A DNA stretch of 64,000 nucleotides from Paraspadella gotoi. Its lineage: Eukaryota > Animalia > Chaetognatha. The DNA lies in the NCBI GenBank assembly GCA_051294375.1, contig CM119270.1, forward strand, positions 4,596,152 to 4,660,151. Reading direction: 5' to 3'. The notes below the pieces were generated by a model. It had not been told where the DNA came from. It made no database searches and worked only from the letters and a program-made list of their open reading frames with translations. Positions 51,570 through 64,000 of this stretch are shown piece after piece (positions within the stretch are counted from its first letter, which is position 1; each line of letters opens with the position of its first letter). The translations under genes were made by a program, and so were the position numbers.

Positions 51570-54500
51570 AAATATTAAATAAAAAAAATAAAAAAATAAT
51601 AAATAAATAAATAAATAAATGAATAAATAAATAAAAAATAAAAAATAAATAATGAATAATAAATAAATAAATGAATGAATGAATAAATGAATGAATAAAT
51701 TATCGATGAATCACCTGGCGGCGAAGGTGACTCCTCTGACTCGATCGTCGGCGAATGAAGATCCTCCGACGAAATCGCGTTGAAAAATGCGGCGTTGGCC
51801 TGAGAGGAAGGAAAGGACAAAGTGGGATTAGTGGGAGGACAAAGTGGGATTAGGAGGACAAATTGGGGGGAGTGCGAAGGGGAATAAAGGGAAGGACAAG
51901 GAGGAAAAGAAAGACAAAAAGAAATCTCGTTGAAAAATGCGGCGTTGGCCTGAGAGGAAGGAAAGGACAAAGTGGGATTAGTGGGAGGACAAAGTGGGAT
52001 TAGTGGGAGGACAAAGTGGGATTAGGAGGACAAATTGGGGGGAGTGCGAAGGGGAATAAAGGGGAGGACAAGGAGGAAATGAAAGACAAAGAAGGATTAG
52101 AGAGAAGACAATGTGAAAAGGAAGGACAAAAAGAAATTAGGAGAGGACAATGAGGTCTTATCGAGATTGAGCGAGAGAGAATGGAAAGCGCTGGAATAGA
52201 AAAGGACAATACAGAAGGGACGGACAGCGTTGGTCACGATGACGATGATAACGACAAGGTTTACCTGGAAGGGAGCGGCGGCGCCTGGCGGCGGGAATTG
52301 GGCGTAGTCGGGTCCCGTTAGCGATGCCGTGGACGAATGGGAGGCGTTCGTGCTGTCGTTGTCTGACCCTGAGAATGGGGGACGTTTATTTAGATTATAT
52401 ATACTTATCATAATTATTATATGCATACGGTATGTGCATGGTCAACACAGAACATCATACCGGATCGATTGTCGCCTCGCGATTCCAACGAGTGACTTTT
52501 CTTTTTGGAGATGTCTGACGAACCACCAGCGCCGCCGTGCGTCAATCCCGCCATTCTGGAAAATGAGATAAAATAAACAAATGATGTGTTAAACTTTAAA
52601 TGGGTATATATACACACACACCGGAAATAAATTTTATTTACTCGTCCGTAGTGCCTATTCATCCAAAATGAAGGTCGGAATATTGTTTATTAATAATAAT
52701 ATTAATAATATTAATAAATAATCGAGTTGGATGAGCAGATACCGAAAGAAACTTTGCCAATCGATCAAAGACTACGAAAGATTTGGGGAAAAATTAAAGG
52801 AAAGTTTTTAAAACGAACTGCAACACATTAATTTGGCAAAAGGCAAAGACGGGTTGATTAGAGAGTCTCTTTTTTCAAACATTGACTTTCAACAAATTAA
52901 TAAAAAAAAAATTATCAGCTAATTATTAGGATATCAAATTCAAACCTCGCTAAAGTACGTATAAGTTAAACTAGAAAATCACAATGTCTACAACTGATAG
53001 GATATGATCTCTATCATCTGAGAAATGTTAGTTAAAGTAAATAAAAATGAGGTAGTATATATGGCAAAAAACGCAATGAGAGAATCCAGGCATCAAATAG
53101 AAAAGAGAAAGAGGAGAATCTTCTAGTGACTTTTGTTTTTTTCTTAGTTCGTTACCTCATGGATTCCAAAAATCTTTGAATAATAATGAAAAAAATAGGA
53201 AAAAAAAACCAAACAAAAAAAAAAGATACGACGTAAGGTAAAATTAATTAACGTAAGATAACTAAACTAAGAACGAATTACACTTCTTTTTTGGGACAGT
53301 ACAGCAGTCGTTATATTGTGGACTAAAATCCACCAACCGTTCATCAGCGGTCATTGGTGCAGTCATTCGCCTCCCAACCCAAAGGTCCGGGGTTCTAGCC
53401 CGGTGGTCGCCTAGCAGTGAGACGGGAAGGGGCGCTTACCCGCCTGTAACACGGTGTTACCTCCTGATCCGAAGATCAGAGACTGCTTAGTGCTTATATT
53501 GAACGGTTCTCTCGCTAACTCATAGCAATTACTATATCTCTCTCTTCAGTTAGTTCTTTCTTTTTTAAAACCCATTGAAATCTTAAAAATTTTCAACATC
53601 ATTAATATTTTAACATTTCCCTCTCGCCCACTTTCAAAAACTCCCCAATCCCCATTTCCCCCCCCACAGCACCCCCCTTCACCCATCCCCAACCCTCCCA
53701 CCCCCCCACCTGAGCATGTTGTCCGAGGCGAGCATCGTCGGGATCTTCCGATTCCTCGTCGGCTTGGAGTTGACGTGGGCGACGCCGGAACCGCCCGTCG
53801 AAGGCGTCAGCGAGGGTTTTCGCGGCGGAAGAGGAAGAAGATTGGAGGAGGAAGAGGAGGGGAGGTTGAGCGAGGACGAGCTGCTCGAGACGTCCTCGGG
53901 GACGGAGGGAAGGCTGGTGATGGAGCCGGCGAGGGCGTTCTGAATTTGGGGGAGAACGGGGGTTGGAGAAGTGGAACTTATCCATCAATCAATCAGTCAA
54001 TGAACAAATCAATGAATCGATCAATGAATTAATCAATGGATCAATCACTAAGTCAATCAACAACTCAATCAATGAACAAATCAATAAATCAATCAATAAG
54101 TCAATCAACAACTCAATCAATGAACCAATCAATGAATCAATCAATAAGTCAATCAACAACTCAATCAATGAACCAATCAATGAATCAATCAATAAATTAA
54201 GCAATGGATCAATCAATAAATAATCAATCAATCAATCAGTCAATCAATCTATATATTAATAAACCAATCAAAACAAATCAATGAGTCAAGGATCCAATTA
54301 AAGAATTAATCAATGAACAATTAAATGAATAAATGATATTAAAAAAAATCCAAAAAAACAAAAAAACAATCCAAGTCACCGAAATCTTATCGCCTGCTCC
54401 CTCCACTTCTCCCGCGGTGCTCGGCGGAGTCTTGGAGCGTCCGCCGAGGCTGCTGCCGGAGTGGCTGCCGGAGTGGCTTCCGGGGTGGCTGTGATTGCTG

Positions 54501-56461
54501 CCGTTGTGGCCGTCGACGCCGTCTTCTTCGTCGTCGACGGGCGCTTGGAAGGAGGTGTAGCCGTAGTGATGGAGGTGGTTGTGCTGTTGTTGGGGATGTT
54601 GAGGATGGTGGGCCTCGTGGGGGTTTCCGTAGGGGTCGGCGGAGGGGAGCTCGGGATGTCGACCGGTGGACGATCGACTGCTGTTGGGGAGGTTGACGGA
54701 AGGTTGGGGAGGATCGTTGTTAAATTGGGGGCCCTTTTAAATATATAGCTTTATAATTTGAATTAACCGTATTAGGTTCTACTCCATTTTTAATATTTTT
54801 AAAAATTACAACTAGAACTTTAGTACTCGTGATCAATTGTTATCATTTAAACATTATGAAAATTACAAATACGTTGATTTGTTCTTTAGATATATTTTAT
54901 GTATATATATATATTATTCTAATTCTCGTACCTTAGATTTTAATTTCCCCCTCCTTCCCTTCATCATCTTTTCTCCTCCTCTTTCCCTTCTCCACTTTTT
55001 CCACCACGCCCACCTTTCAAACCACCCCAAAACCACCACGCCAACCACCCTAACCCTACTTTTTTTACCTTCCCGGCCTCCACCCTCGATCCCTAATGAT
55101 CCTCAAAGGCGACGTCTGATTCTCAGTCGAGTCGCTCGTCGTCGCCGATTGGCTGCGGGAGATGGCGCGTCGAGGCGATGGACCCGGATGTTGAAAATTC
55201 GCTTGATGCTGATGATGGGGAAGTGGATGATGATGATGATGATGATGATTGGGCGAGGAAGATGTCGTTTGGTGATTCTGATGTTGAGGCGACGACGACG
55301 ACGACGACGACGAAGCCACGGATTCGAGTGGAGAAAAGAGAGGAGGGTTTTTCGTGGGATCTCGGGGGGCGGGGGGCGGAGGGGAAGGGGTGGCGGAGTG
55401 GTGGGCGGTTGTGGGCCGGTTGTTGGCGGACATTGATTGGTGGAGGTTGTGGTGGTGGGGCGCTTTGGAGGCGGGATGACTGTGGGGGGGAGGATAGAAT
55501 TCAAGGAATTATTAAAAGATCAGACCACAGATTATATGTAATAAGAGATTCAATATGAAGTTTGACCACAGATCTGATGACTCATAAAATCAGAGATTTT
55601 TGGAAACTACAGAATCATCCTAAGATTTGACCACTCGTCCGACACTTTACAAGATCACAATTACGACCACAAATAGAAAATATTAAAATTTAACTACAGA
55701 TGAGATGACACGTAAAACTTGAGATTAAGCCAATGAGGCAACCACAGATCCCACCACAAATAAAACCGCATATCCAAAAACAAATTAAACTACGGATTAG
55801 ATGACACATCAAACAGGAGATCCAGCCAATTAGCCAACTCATCCTTCAACCACAGATGCGACCGCGGAGTCAAACCTTAGATCAAAACTGGAGTCGGACT
55901 GAAGGAGATGAGCTGAATTGGACGAATGTTGGAGAATTGGGTGACTGATTGAAGGCTTTTGCGGCGACTGAGCTGGAGAACTGCAAAATAAAATGTAAAT
56001 AAAAATAATTATTAAAGATATAAGTATACAAATAACAGAACGAAGCATAAAAAGAAGAACACAGACCTGGTAAAAGGCGCTTGGAAATTTGAATGGAATC
56101 CTTGAGTTGAAGCGGGCAGGTCGTGTTGAGCCTCGGGACTTTTGTAACTGAAATGAAAACGTTCATGTATTTCATGTCCCTCCCTTTCCTCCCTCTCTTC
56201 TCTTCTCTTTCCTCTCTTTCTTCCTCCTCCTCCCTTTCCTCCCGCCCTTTTCTCACCTCCCCCTCCTCTCTTTCTTCTTGTCCCTCCCCAGACTTCCGAC
56301 GAGAATGTTGTAGGCCTCCTGCGCCTCCGGAGTCAACTCCTCGTCGAGCGACGTCGTTCTCTGTCCGTCGCTGCAGAAGGTTCGGTGTTCGGCGCTCGCG
56401 TTCGAGTTGGACTTTTTCAGGATTTGGGAAAACCTGAATATGAAAAAAAATTGAAAAATAT

Positions 56462-56554
<93 letters not shown>

Positions 56555-57197
56555 TTCTAAAACCGGCCCAATTTCAACTTAAATACCGAATTAAGTTAAT
56601 TTTTATTAAGTTATGAATTTCGTTTAAGGATTTGGGATGAGGATTAAGCTTAAGTATTTCGTTAGGGTTAATGCTTAAAGATTAATGATTAAGTATACGG
56701 CTAAAAATGGTAAAAAAATTTGATCAAACTTAATTTCACGATTTAATCATTAAAGAAAAGAAATGGGGTGATTTTGAAAAATAGTGCTGATATAATGTAG
56801 GATATTAAGTTTAAGGGAGAAATAGAGAAGATAATTGTAAAAAACCAAATATCAATAGGAAGAATCGGTTAAACATATAACATTCAACATACAACACAAA
56901 ACATTTTATATAACATACAAAATAGCGCAGAAAAACGACCTCTCACCCAAAACCGACTCACCTCTTTCTGCTCTTGGGTGAGGCTTCTCTCGTTCCGTGA
57001 TACTCGTCGCTGCCGTCGCTGCCGCTGCCGCCGCCGCCGCCGCCGCCGCGCCGTACGTCCTCCTCCTGCAGACTCTGCTTGGCGAGCGACTCGGCCATCG
57101 CGATCGCATCGTCCAAAGATTTGGCGTCGGATTTGGAAAGAGGCTTCATATGACCGTTGGATTTGCGCGAGTCGAGGCGGTCGAGAAATCCTGGGGT

Positions 57198-57283
<86 letters not shown>

Positions 57284-57336
57284 TAGAGAGAGAGGGAGAG
57301 AGAGAGAGAGATAGAGAGATAGAAGAGAGAGAGAGA

Positions 57337-57382
<46 letters not shown>

Positions 57383-60300
57383 GAGAAGGAGAGAGGAGAT
57401 AAAAGGACAGGGAGAAGGGCGGAGAAAAAATCAATCATAATGAGAAAATTCAGTGAATGAAATTTTATCACTAATTAAATAATAAATAAATAATAAATAT
57501 CATGTCACGAATTTATCGCAACAGATAGTTTTTAGGAAATAATAATTTTGAAATAAAAATATTTAACATGGATTTTCTCATGAAAAAAATAAGTATTTAC
57601 ATATTAGTTACATATATATTCCATATATTCCATATAAAACGTCGAAAACAAAATAATTCCCATTGGTCAAACTCACGAATTTCTTGCCGACTTTTCCGCG
57701 AATCAGAGGCTCGGATTCCGACGCCAACGAATCGACGCAAGAGACTTCGCTCGGTGCCATGGAAACGGTGTCCGGGTCGGAACCCCCGATCGAGTTCCCC
57801 GGAGAACCCCCGCCGTGACTTTCGGTCATGGAGTTGGTTGGCGTGGGGGTGTCCGGAGGCGGCACCCCCGGGGGCGGAGGCGGGGGGTGGCCCAGAGATG
57901 ATTTTGGGAAGGCGAAGGAGACTGTGGTGGGAGTTTTGAGCGGAGGCGATGCGTCGTCCTTTTGGGAAGAGTTGAGGGCTTTGAGGACCTCGTCCATGAA
58001 GGAGGGACCCAGGTCAAAGTTCATCTGAATTTGTCGGGGAGGGGGGTGGGGTGAGAGATGGAGTGGGAGATGGGGACAGAGATAGAGATGGGAGGAGAAA
58101 GATTGTAGGAGAGTATGGGAAAGAGATGGGTGGTGAAAGTCATCAAAAAAAAAATTTATTCAACATTAAGGTCCAATTAGCGATCAATCAATCAATCAAT
58201 CGCCCATAAAGAACAACCGCCTAATCAATCACTTTTTGACTTATAGACTGTAGGTAATCAATCAAATCCTTCTCGCACTCAACGATGATCAACATAATCA
58301 ATCAACAAATCCACATAATCAATAAATCAATCAGTCTAACAGTCAATCAATCAAATCAAATCAACTCACGTCGTCGTCGTCGACTTCCTGATAACCGGGA
58401 CTTCCCGAAATCTTTTGCTCATCCTCTTCCTCCTCCTTCAGGGTCGAGTCCCAGTCGGCCGTCGGAGTGGTGGGGGATCCGATGGTGGTCGGGGTGGTTG
58501 GGGTGGTTGGAGACGACGACCCGCTGCGTGGAGAGAGGGGAGATAGAATTGTAGAATCGGAAATACAATGAACATAATCATTATCATTATCATCATCATC
58601 ATCATCATCATCGTCATCGTCATCATCGTCATCATCCTTTTCTTAAGCTATTATCAGAAGCCGAAGAACTTACCCCATGTTCCTTAGTCGCCTGATACCT
58701 TATCTCATGCTACTAAACAACCAAAGAACTTACCTCAGGATTTTGAGCAACTAAAGACAATATCTCCTCTTGTTAGGCAGCGGCGGCAGAAACTAACATT
58801 ACTCTTTGTTTTGCTGTTTTTGAGTAATGGCAGCAGCGAGAGACCTTATCTCCGCTTATGAAGCAGCGGCGGTAGCCACAGACATTACCTTTTGTTCCAC
58901 AGCAGCAGCGGCAGCCAAAGACTTTAATGTTTTTGAGTAAAGGCAGCAGCCAGAGACCTTACTTCCTGTTCCTGAGCAGCGACGGCAGCCAGAGACCTTA
59001 CCTCCTGGTTCCTGAGCAGCGGCGGCAGCCAAAGACCTTACCTCCTGTTCTTAAGCAGCGGCGCCTTGTCAGAGAAGATCTCTCCAGCAGCGTTGATGGT
59101 GTTGATGGAAGCGAAGGAGTGGCTGGAGGAAATTAGGTCTTTCGTGGAATCGTCTACAATATGAAAGTAAAAGGGAGAAAAGTGAAAAATAACTAGAAAA
59201 TCACGTAATTAATATTATAATAAATAGTAAATATTCTTGAACAACAACAAAGCTGCCCAGTAATATGAATCCCTATGATATCCGTAGATTGGGTGCTTTT
59301 ATTGTTTCCCATATGACCAGCTTCCCACAAGCATTCAAAACCGTCGAGATATTTTTTTTCTTAGCTTACTTTTTGTCATTACAAATACAGTGGTTAAGCG
59401 GTTTCTACAGTGCGGTAAAATTTTTTTTGCTCTCCGCAAAGCAAACTAACCAAGAGAATAGTCTTGTCTTGACGTTGAAAATTCAGCTACTAACGAGAAA
59501 TTGGTTTCAAAAAGAAATAAAAAAAAGAAACATAGATTTGCTTGGACCGCTACAATTAGTTCTATCCATTCATTTATAATTAATAAATAAGACTTTAATC
59601 ATTATGTCTTTATGAATTTAAAATCAGTCAATTTATTAACTTTTAAATCTTCAAAACTTTCCATTACGCATTGCGAGAATTATTTGCTTTTTTACAACAT
59701 TTTTAAATTCATTATAATAGAAAATGATAATAACAATAAATTAGAAAAAAAAAGGAGGCAAAAAAGAAATATCATTAAAAAAAATAAATAAATAAATAAA
59801 AGAAACAAATCTTCTAGTTCTACGTGTACGATGTATAACAAAAACAGCGAACAAAACAAAACAGCAACTGTGAGGCAAAACAAAACAAAGAAAACGCAGC
59901 CGAAAAAAAAAAGAAAACAAGAGGACCCAAATAGTTGGGTCCTCGTTTCTACTCACAGGGTTTGACCATCGCAGATCGTTGAGCGGGAAAGCGCTGGTAA
60001 TTCTCACCCAAGAAGTGAACGTCACCGAAAACGTCACCCCCGATGCCCACGTGAGTCTTGTGAACCAAATCACCCTTGGGCAGGGAGATCATCTCCTTGG
60101 TCAGTCCGGCCCGGGCCGTACCACCCCCTCGGGCCGACGGAGCCCGAAAGGCGCGGGAGATGGGCGAGGTGGGATTGGATCGGGAGAGGGACTGAGTTCT
60201 GGTGAGTTGATCGGTGGCGGGAACGTAGAGGGAGGGTAAGGGAAAGAAAGAAAAGATAAGTTTTAACATCATTGATCGAAGGACTTTTTTTTGCGACAGA

Positions 60301-61954
60301 AAATCGGGTGATCAAAACAAAAAAAAAATATGAACTTGAGTTGATAGGTATTATTTATTATTTATTTATTTATTTATTTATTTATGCTTCAAAATAAATG
60401 CAGTACAGTAACAAACTCTACAATATAGCAGCCCATTAAAAAAAGGGAAAAAATTACGATTTTATTGATTGCATTTTGACCACCCTATCTTTCACGTGAA
60501 CTTTTCACCTTTGAATACGAAATAGGAGTTGATTTGGATAATGTTTAAATTAAACATCGAACGACTTGTAAATAATCGTGGAAATTTAAGAATGAGCAGA
60601 AAGCAAAATAAATAATTGGCGAAATGAGGTAATTAAGTCTCAAAATGAATTCAGGAACTATTCTTTTGCGAAAATTAATTTAGAAAATGAATTCAGAAAA
60701 TGAATTCAAAAACTATTCTTTTGCGAAATTGACGAAAGCGAAGTAGAACGAGAAAATCCAAAAAATAATTCACGACAGAGGATTTAAACTGTGAAAAAAT
60801 GATGGATCGTCAAAAATAGAAGGCGAAGGAAGAGAACTCTTTACATTATTGTAATCGATTGGAAATCGGCAATTCGTTTGGGCGATTTAAAAACTGCAAC
60901 GAACACAACGTACCCTGGGTTTGATTCGTCCAATCTACGCGTGGTACCCGGAAAATAGGAATAGAAAAATAATTAACGATGTCACGACTCTTCACCGTTC
61001 ACGATTTTCACCCTTTGATTCTTGGTTTTTTATTTATGAAAATAAAACAATAAAATAATAACAATAAAAAAATTAACCATAACTATAAAACAATAACAAT
61101 AACGGTTATGGTTCATGGCGAAACTGATCGCCAATTAGTACTCACCTTTTGGGCAATTTGATTTTGGGCGGGTGTTTCGGAGTGTCAACTTCTATGGCGG
61201 GGTTGTGGGGAGTGGTGTGGTCCGGGTTGAACAATCCCGTCTTTCCGCCCCCGATGGAACCCTTCCACATGTTCCAAAGGGGCGCTCCGGTCGGTCTGAG
61301 AAAAGAGGGCGTGTGGAAAGCCGATGAGAGAGGGCGCGCATTTAGTTGACGGATCGATCGCCGTTATGATTGAAAAAAATTATCAACAAAATAACAATAT
61401 TCAAAAAAATTGTATTGTCCCGTAGCCAAAAAAAGTTGATTAGTGACGTCAGGTCTCCGACCTGTGGCTATAAATAAAGCCCCCAGGAGGTGACCCGGAG
61501 GGCATGTAGTTGAACGGGAGTTTTAACAATTTACAATGATGAAAATTTTGTTTTCGATCCTAATCCTTGTTAGTCGACAATCAAGGCTTTTTTTAGGCAA
61601 AAAAGTAATTTCACTTATCAATTTCTCTTTATCTTTGACTAAGGTTGGTAGAAGACGACCATATATGCATGAGACAACAATTTCGAAATTTTAAAAGTGC
61701 CGCTTTATCACATGCTCGTGCTACATGGCTTTCCTTGGCCGACGATTAAAAAAAATTATAAGTTTAACATTAACAATAGCAATATTCAAAAAAAGTAAAA
61801 GGGTTATAGTTAAATCATAACAATGTTTAGAGGCGTTGATTTGGCAACGAAGGCAAAGTTAAAATTGATCGATTTTAACAGAGTTTTAAGAACGAAAGAG
61901 AAACGAAAAGGTGCGTTGAAAAAACTTTTACGAGATATCAAGGAGATGCGTGGG

Positions 61955-62031
<77 letters not shown>

Positions 62032-62754
62032 TTATTGAACTTTGACTATTACTGAATTGCAGACTAATAAATCGAATAGCCGTAAATAATTCATTTTTTT
62101 TCTTTTCCTTTATTCCTTTTTCTTTAGTTATTTTAGTGAGCTATATTTTTAATTCATGTCTCCACTTGGGTCAATAAAATCTTGACAAGCGAATTTCTTT
62201 CGCTTTTAAGTCGTCAATGAGAAAGATAAAAAATAAAATGATTGATCACCGTGATCAATTTCGATCACCGTTCACAACGGCGTAAAAGATTTCCTCATTT
62301 TTCGAAGTAAAATCTCTTTTAACATTTCAATATATAATATTCAATATTCAATATTCAATATATAATTTTTATTTTATATTAATTCTATCTTACTCCGGTT
62401 TTTTCCTCTTTTCATCTTTACTTTTGCCACTCTGTGACTGCCCACTCTCTCTAACCTCACAAACACTTCCCCCCTCCCCCCTTAAACCCCCTAAACCCCC
62501 ATTCACCGCCCCATAGCCCCCCACTCCCGCGTCCCCAACTCTCCACTTCAACCATCTCACTTCTTGTCCAAAACTGTGATGATGTCTCCGCTTTTGTAAA
62601 AGAGAAAATCCTTTCTCGGTTCCGGATCCGGAAAGTCTTGAGTCGCTCTCCTCACTTCCGGTTCGATCCGTCGCATCAACTCGAACAAAAGGGCAAAGGT
62701 CGGCCGAGACTTTGGCTCGTGTTCCCAAGTCTTCCGCATGACGGCGTAGTGTTC
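50539..62754 (-). CDS. Ack-like: Ack-like/PR2 non-receptor tyrosine kinase, 3' part (kinase C-terminus, SH3, CRIB, long Pro/Ser-rich tail)
   Basis: Exons: 62754-62561 (EHYAVMRKTWEHEPKSRPTF kinase end; LFYKSGDIITVLDK SH3 start), ~61295-61146 (WKG...GKTGLFNP), ~60199-59957 (CRIB: MISLPKGDLVHKTHVG), 59153-59042, ~58523-58371, 58024-~57677 (DLGPSFMDEV), ~57191-56961, ~56433-56293 (AQEAYNILV), ~56147-56067, ~55981-55876, ~55479-55068, ~54681-54380, ~53939-53710, ~52555-52461, ~52368-52265, 51799-~51715, 50663-50539 (stop). The kinase-SH3-CRIB order is diagnostic of the ACK family. Confidence 0.9.
51327..51700. repeat. (AAAT/GAAT)n low-complexity tract
   Basis: Seen directly; intronic. A similar (AATC)-based tract with a 44-bp higher-order unit is at 53983-54250. 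Confidence 0.95.
51771..52090 (-). repeat. 150-bp tandem duplication spanning an intron-exon (3' splice site) junction
   Basis: TCCTCTCAG|GCCAACGCCGCATTTTTCAACG occurs at acceptor positions 51800 and 51950. Confidence 0.92.
53348..53530 (+). mobile_element. tRNA-derived SINE-like element
   Basis: GC-rich island in an AT-rich intron. It has a tRNA-Gly-like ATTCGCCTCCCAA loop, then a B-box-like GGTTCTAGCC, then an unrelated body. Confidence 0.55.
58660..59065 (-). repeat. Decaying tandem array of ~39-40-bp units, each an exon end plus 5' splice donor
   Basis: The exon ends GCCGCTGCTTAAGAACAGGAG|GTAAGG at 59042/59041. Units such as GTAAGGTCTTTGGCTGCCGCCGCTGCTCAGGAACCAGGAG follow, diverging progressively. 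Confidence 0.88.
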
Positions 62755-63491
62755 CTTGGGAGAAAATAAAAAAAAAAACAAAAGGGAATGTAATTCGTTT
62801 ATGACCGACCGACCGTTATCAACAGAGATTTTTTTTTTTCTCCTCGAGTTAAACGTTTTCAAATCCCTACTAGTAACGATTACAAAATACTAGAGTTCAA
62901 CCGAAAACCTCGTGAGGAATTCGGAAAAATAACGAAGATATAAATTTTCATCATCGCTTATGTTTGGCTCCGGTTCTTAAAAATCATCTCTGAAAAAAAA
63001 ACAAAAAACTTTTTATAAGCGTCATATTCGATTTTAAAAGTTTTTTATCGCCACTTCAAACTTTTAAACATTTAAAAATGTTTATAAAATAAGAATTCAT
63101 CTACTGTCGACAATTTGACGAATTAGAAACAATAAACAAAGGGGGAATTTTAAGTTTCCTTTGGCGGATGATAGAGAGCGAGAGACTTTGAAGACTGGGA
63201 GCTGTTGGGGTGGGCATAAAAACAAAAAAAAAAAAAACAAAAAAAAAAAAAACGCGGGGTGGGCGATCAAAACTGGATACTTCAAATATGACAAAAGAAA
63301 CTCTTTTTTTATGTTTTATATCTTTATATTGTTTCCTTTCTTTTTCGTTGTATTTAATTATTTAGAGAAAACAAAGTTTGTTTGTTTGTAAACAACGATT
63401 TTTATTCACAATTGGGACATGTTTCGGCTCTTGCCTTTAAGCCTTCATCAGCGTTTGTTTCATTAACAAGTTTTCTCTCTAACATTGAGTT

Positions 63492-63527
<36 letters not shown>

Positions 63528-63683
63528 AGAGAAAATAAATATAAATTTTATATCTTTTAAAATGGTTATTAGTAAAAGTGAAATGAAAGCTTGATGGCCA
63601 CATCATCGGCCACATCATGGGACAACAACGCGTTCACTTTCACAACATTTCAATTTATTTTTTATTTAAGAAAATTTTGACAG

Positions 63684-63716
<33 letters not shown>

Positions 63717-64000
63717 ACTCTTTAAGGGCTTATTTTTTTTTTGGCTACAGATGATACGCGTTAAAACAATTTTTAAAACAGATTTAACATCTGCCCATTT
63801 AAAAAAAAAAAAAATCTAGTCCTCTCTTTAGGTTTAAAAAAAATTATCTCCTCTAAAAAAAAATAAATTTTTAAAAAATATTTCACTTCTGTTTTTGAAG
63901 CTAAAAAAAATTGAAATTAATGAGGTTTTCTCTCAACTTTGTGTCCATTTGAATTCATCCCGGGTCGGCATCCCGGGTCGGCATCCAGGGACGGCACCGC

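Overview
AT-rich, intron-rich animal (invertebrate) genomic DNA from a noisy, gapped assembly. It has GC/CpG-rich exons, many microsatellites and six N-gaps. I rebuilt the gene models by hand from splice sites, exon phase and recalled family motifs, with no database search. They are: a stoned-B/stonin gene (+, ~14.4-34.9 kb); an orphan, low-complexity K/D/E-rich gene nested on the same strand in one stonin intron; a small His-rich type-II membrane ORF (-); a P-loop GTPase with a Cys-rich C-terminus (-), head-to-head with TTF2/lodestar (+); a secreted 4x PAN/apple protein (+); and the 3' part of an Ack-like/PR2 tyrosine kinase (-). An ~8 kb indel-riddled tandem duplication (16.1-32.3 kb) is probably an assembly artefact. 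The most unusual pattern is tandem repeats built from exon-intron junctions. The largest is a ~6 kb palindrome of 50-bp units, each an exon end plus a splice donor. It encloses a 150-bp loop holding the inverted 5' half of a probable stoned exon. Smaller junction duplications occur in Ack-like and stoned introns. GAG/AAG 3' splice sites also appear unusually frequent.
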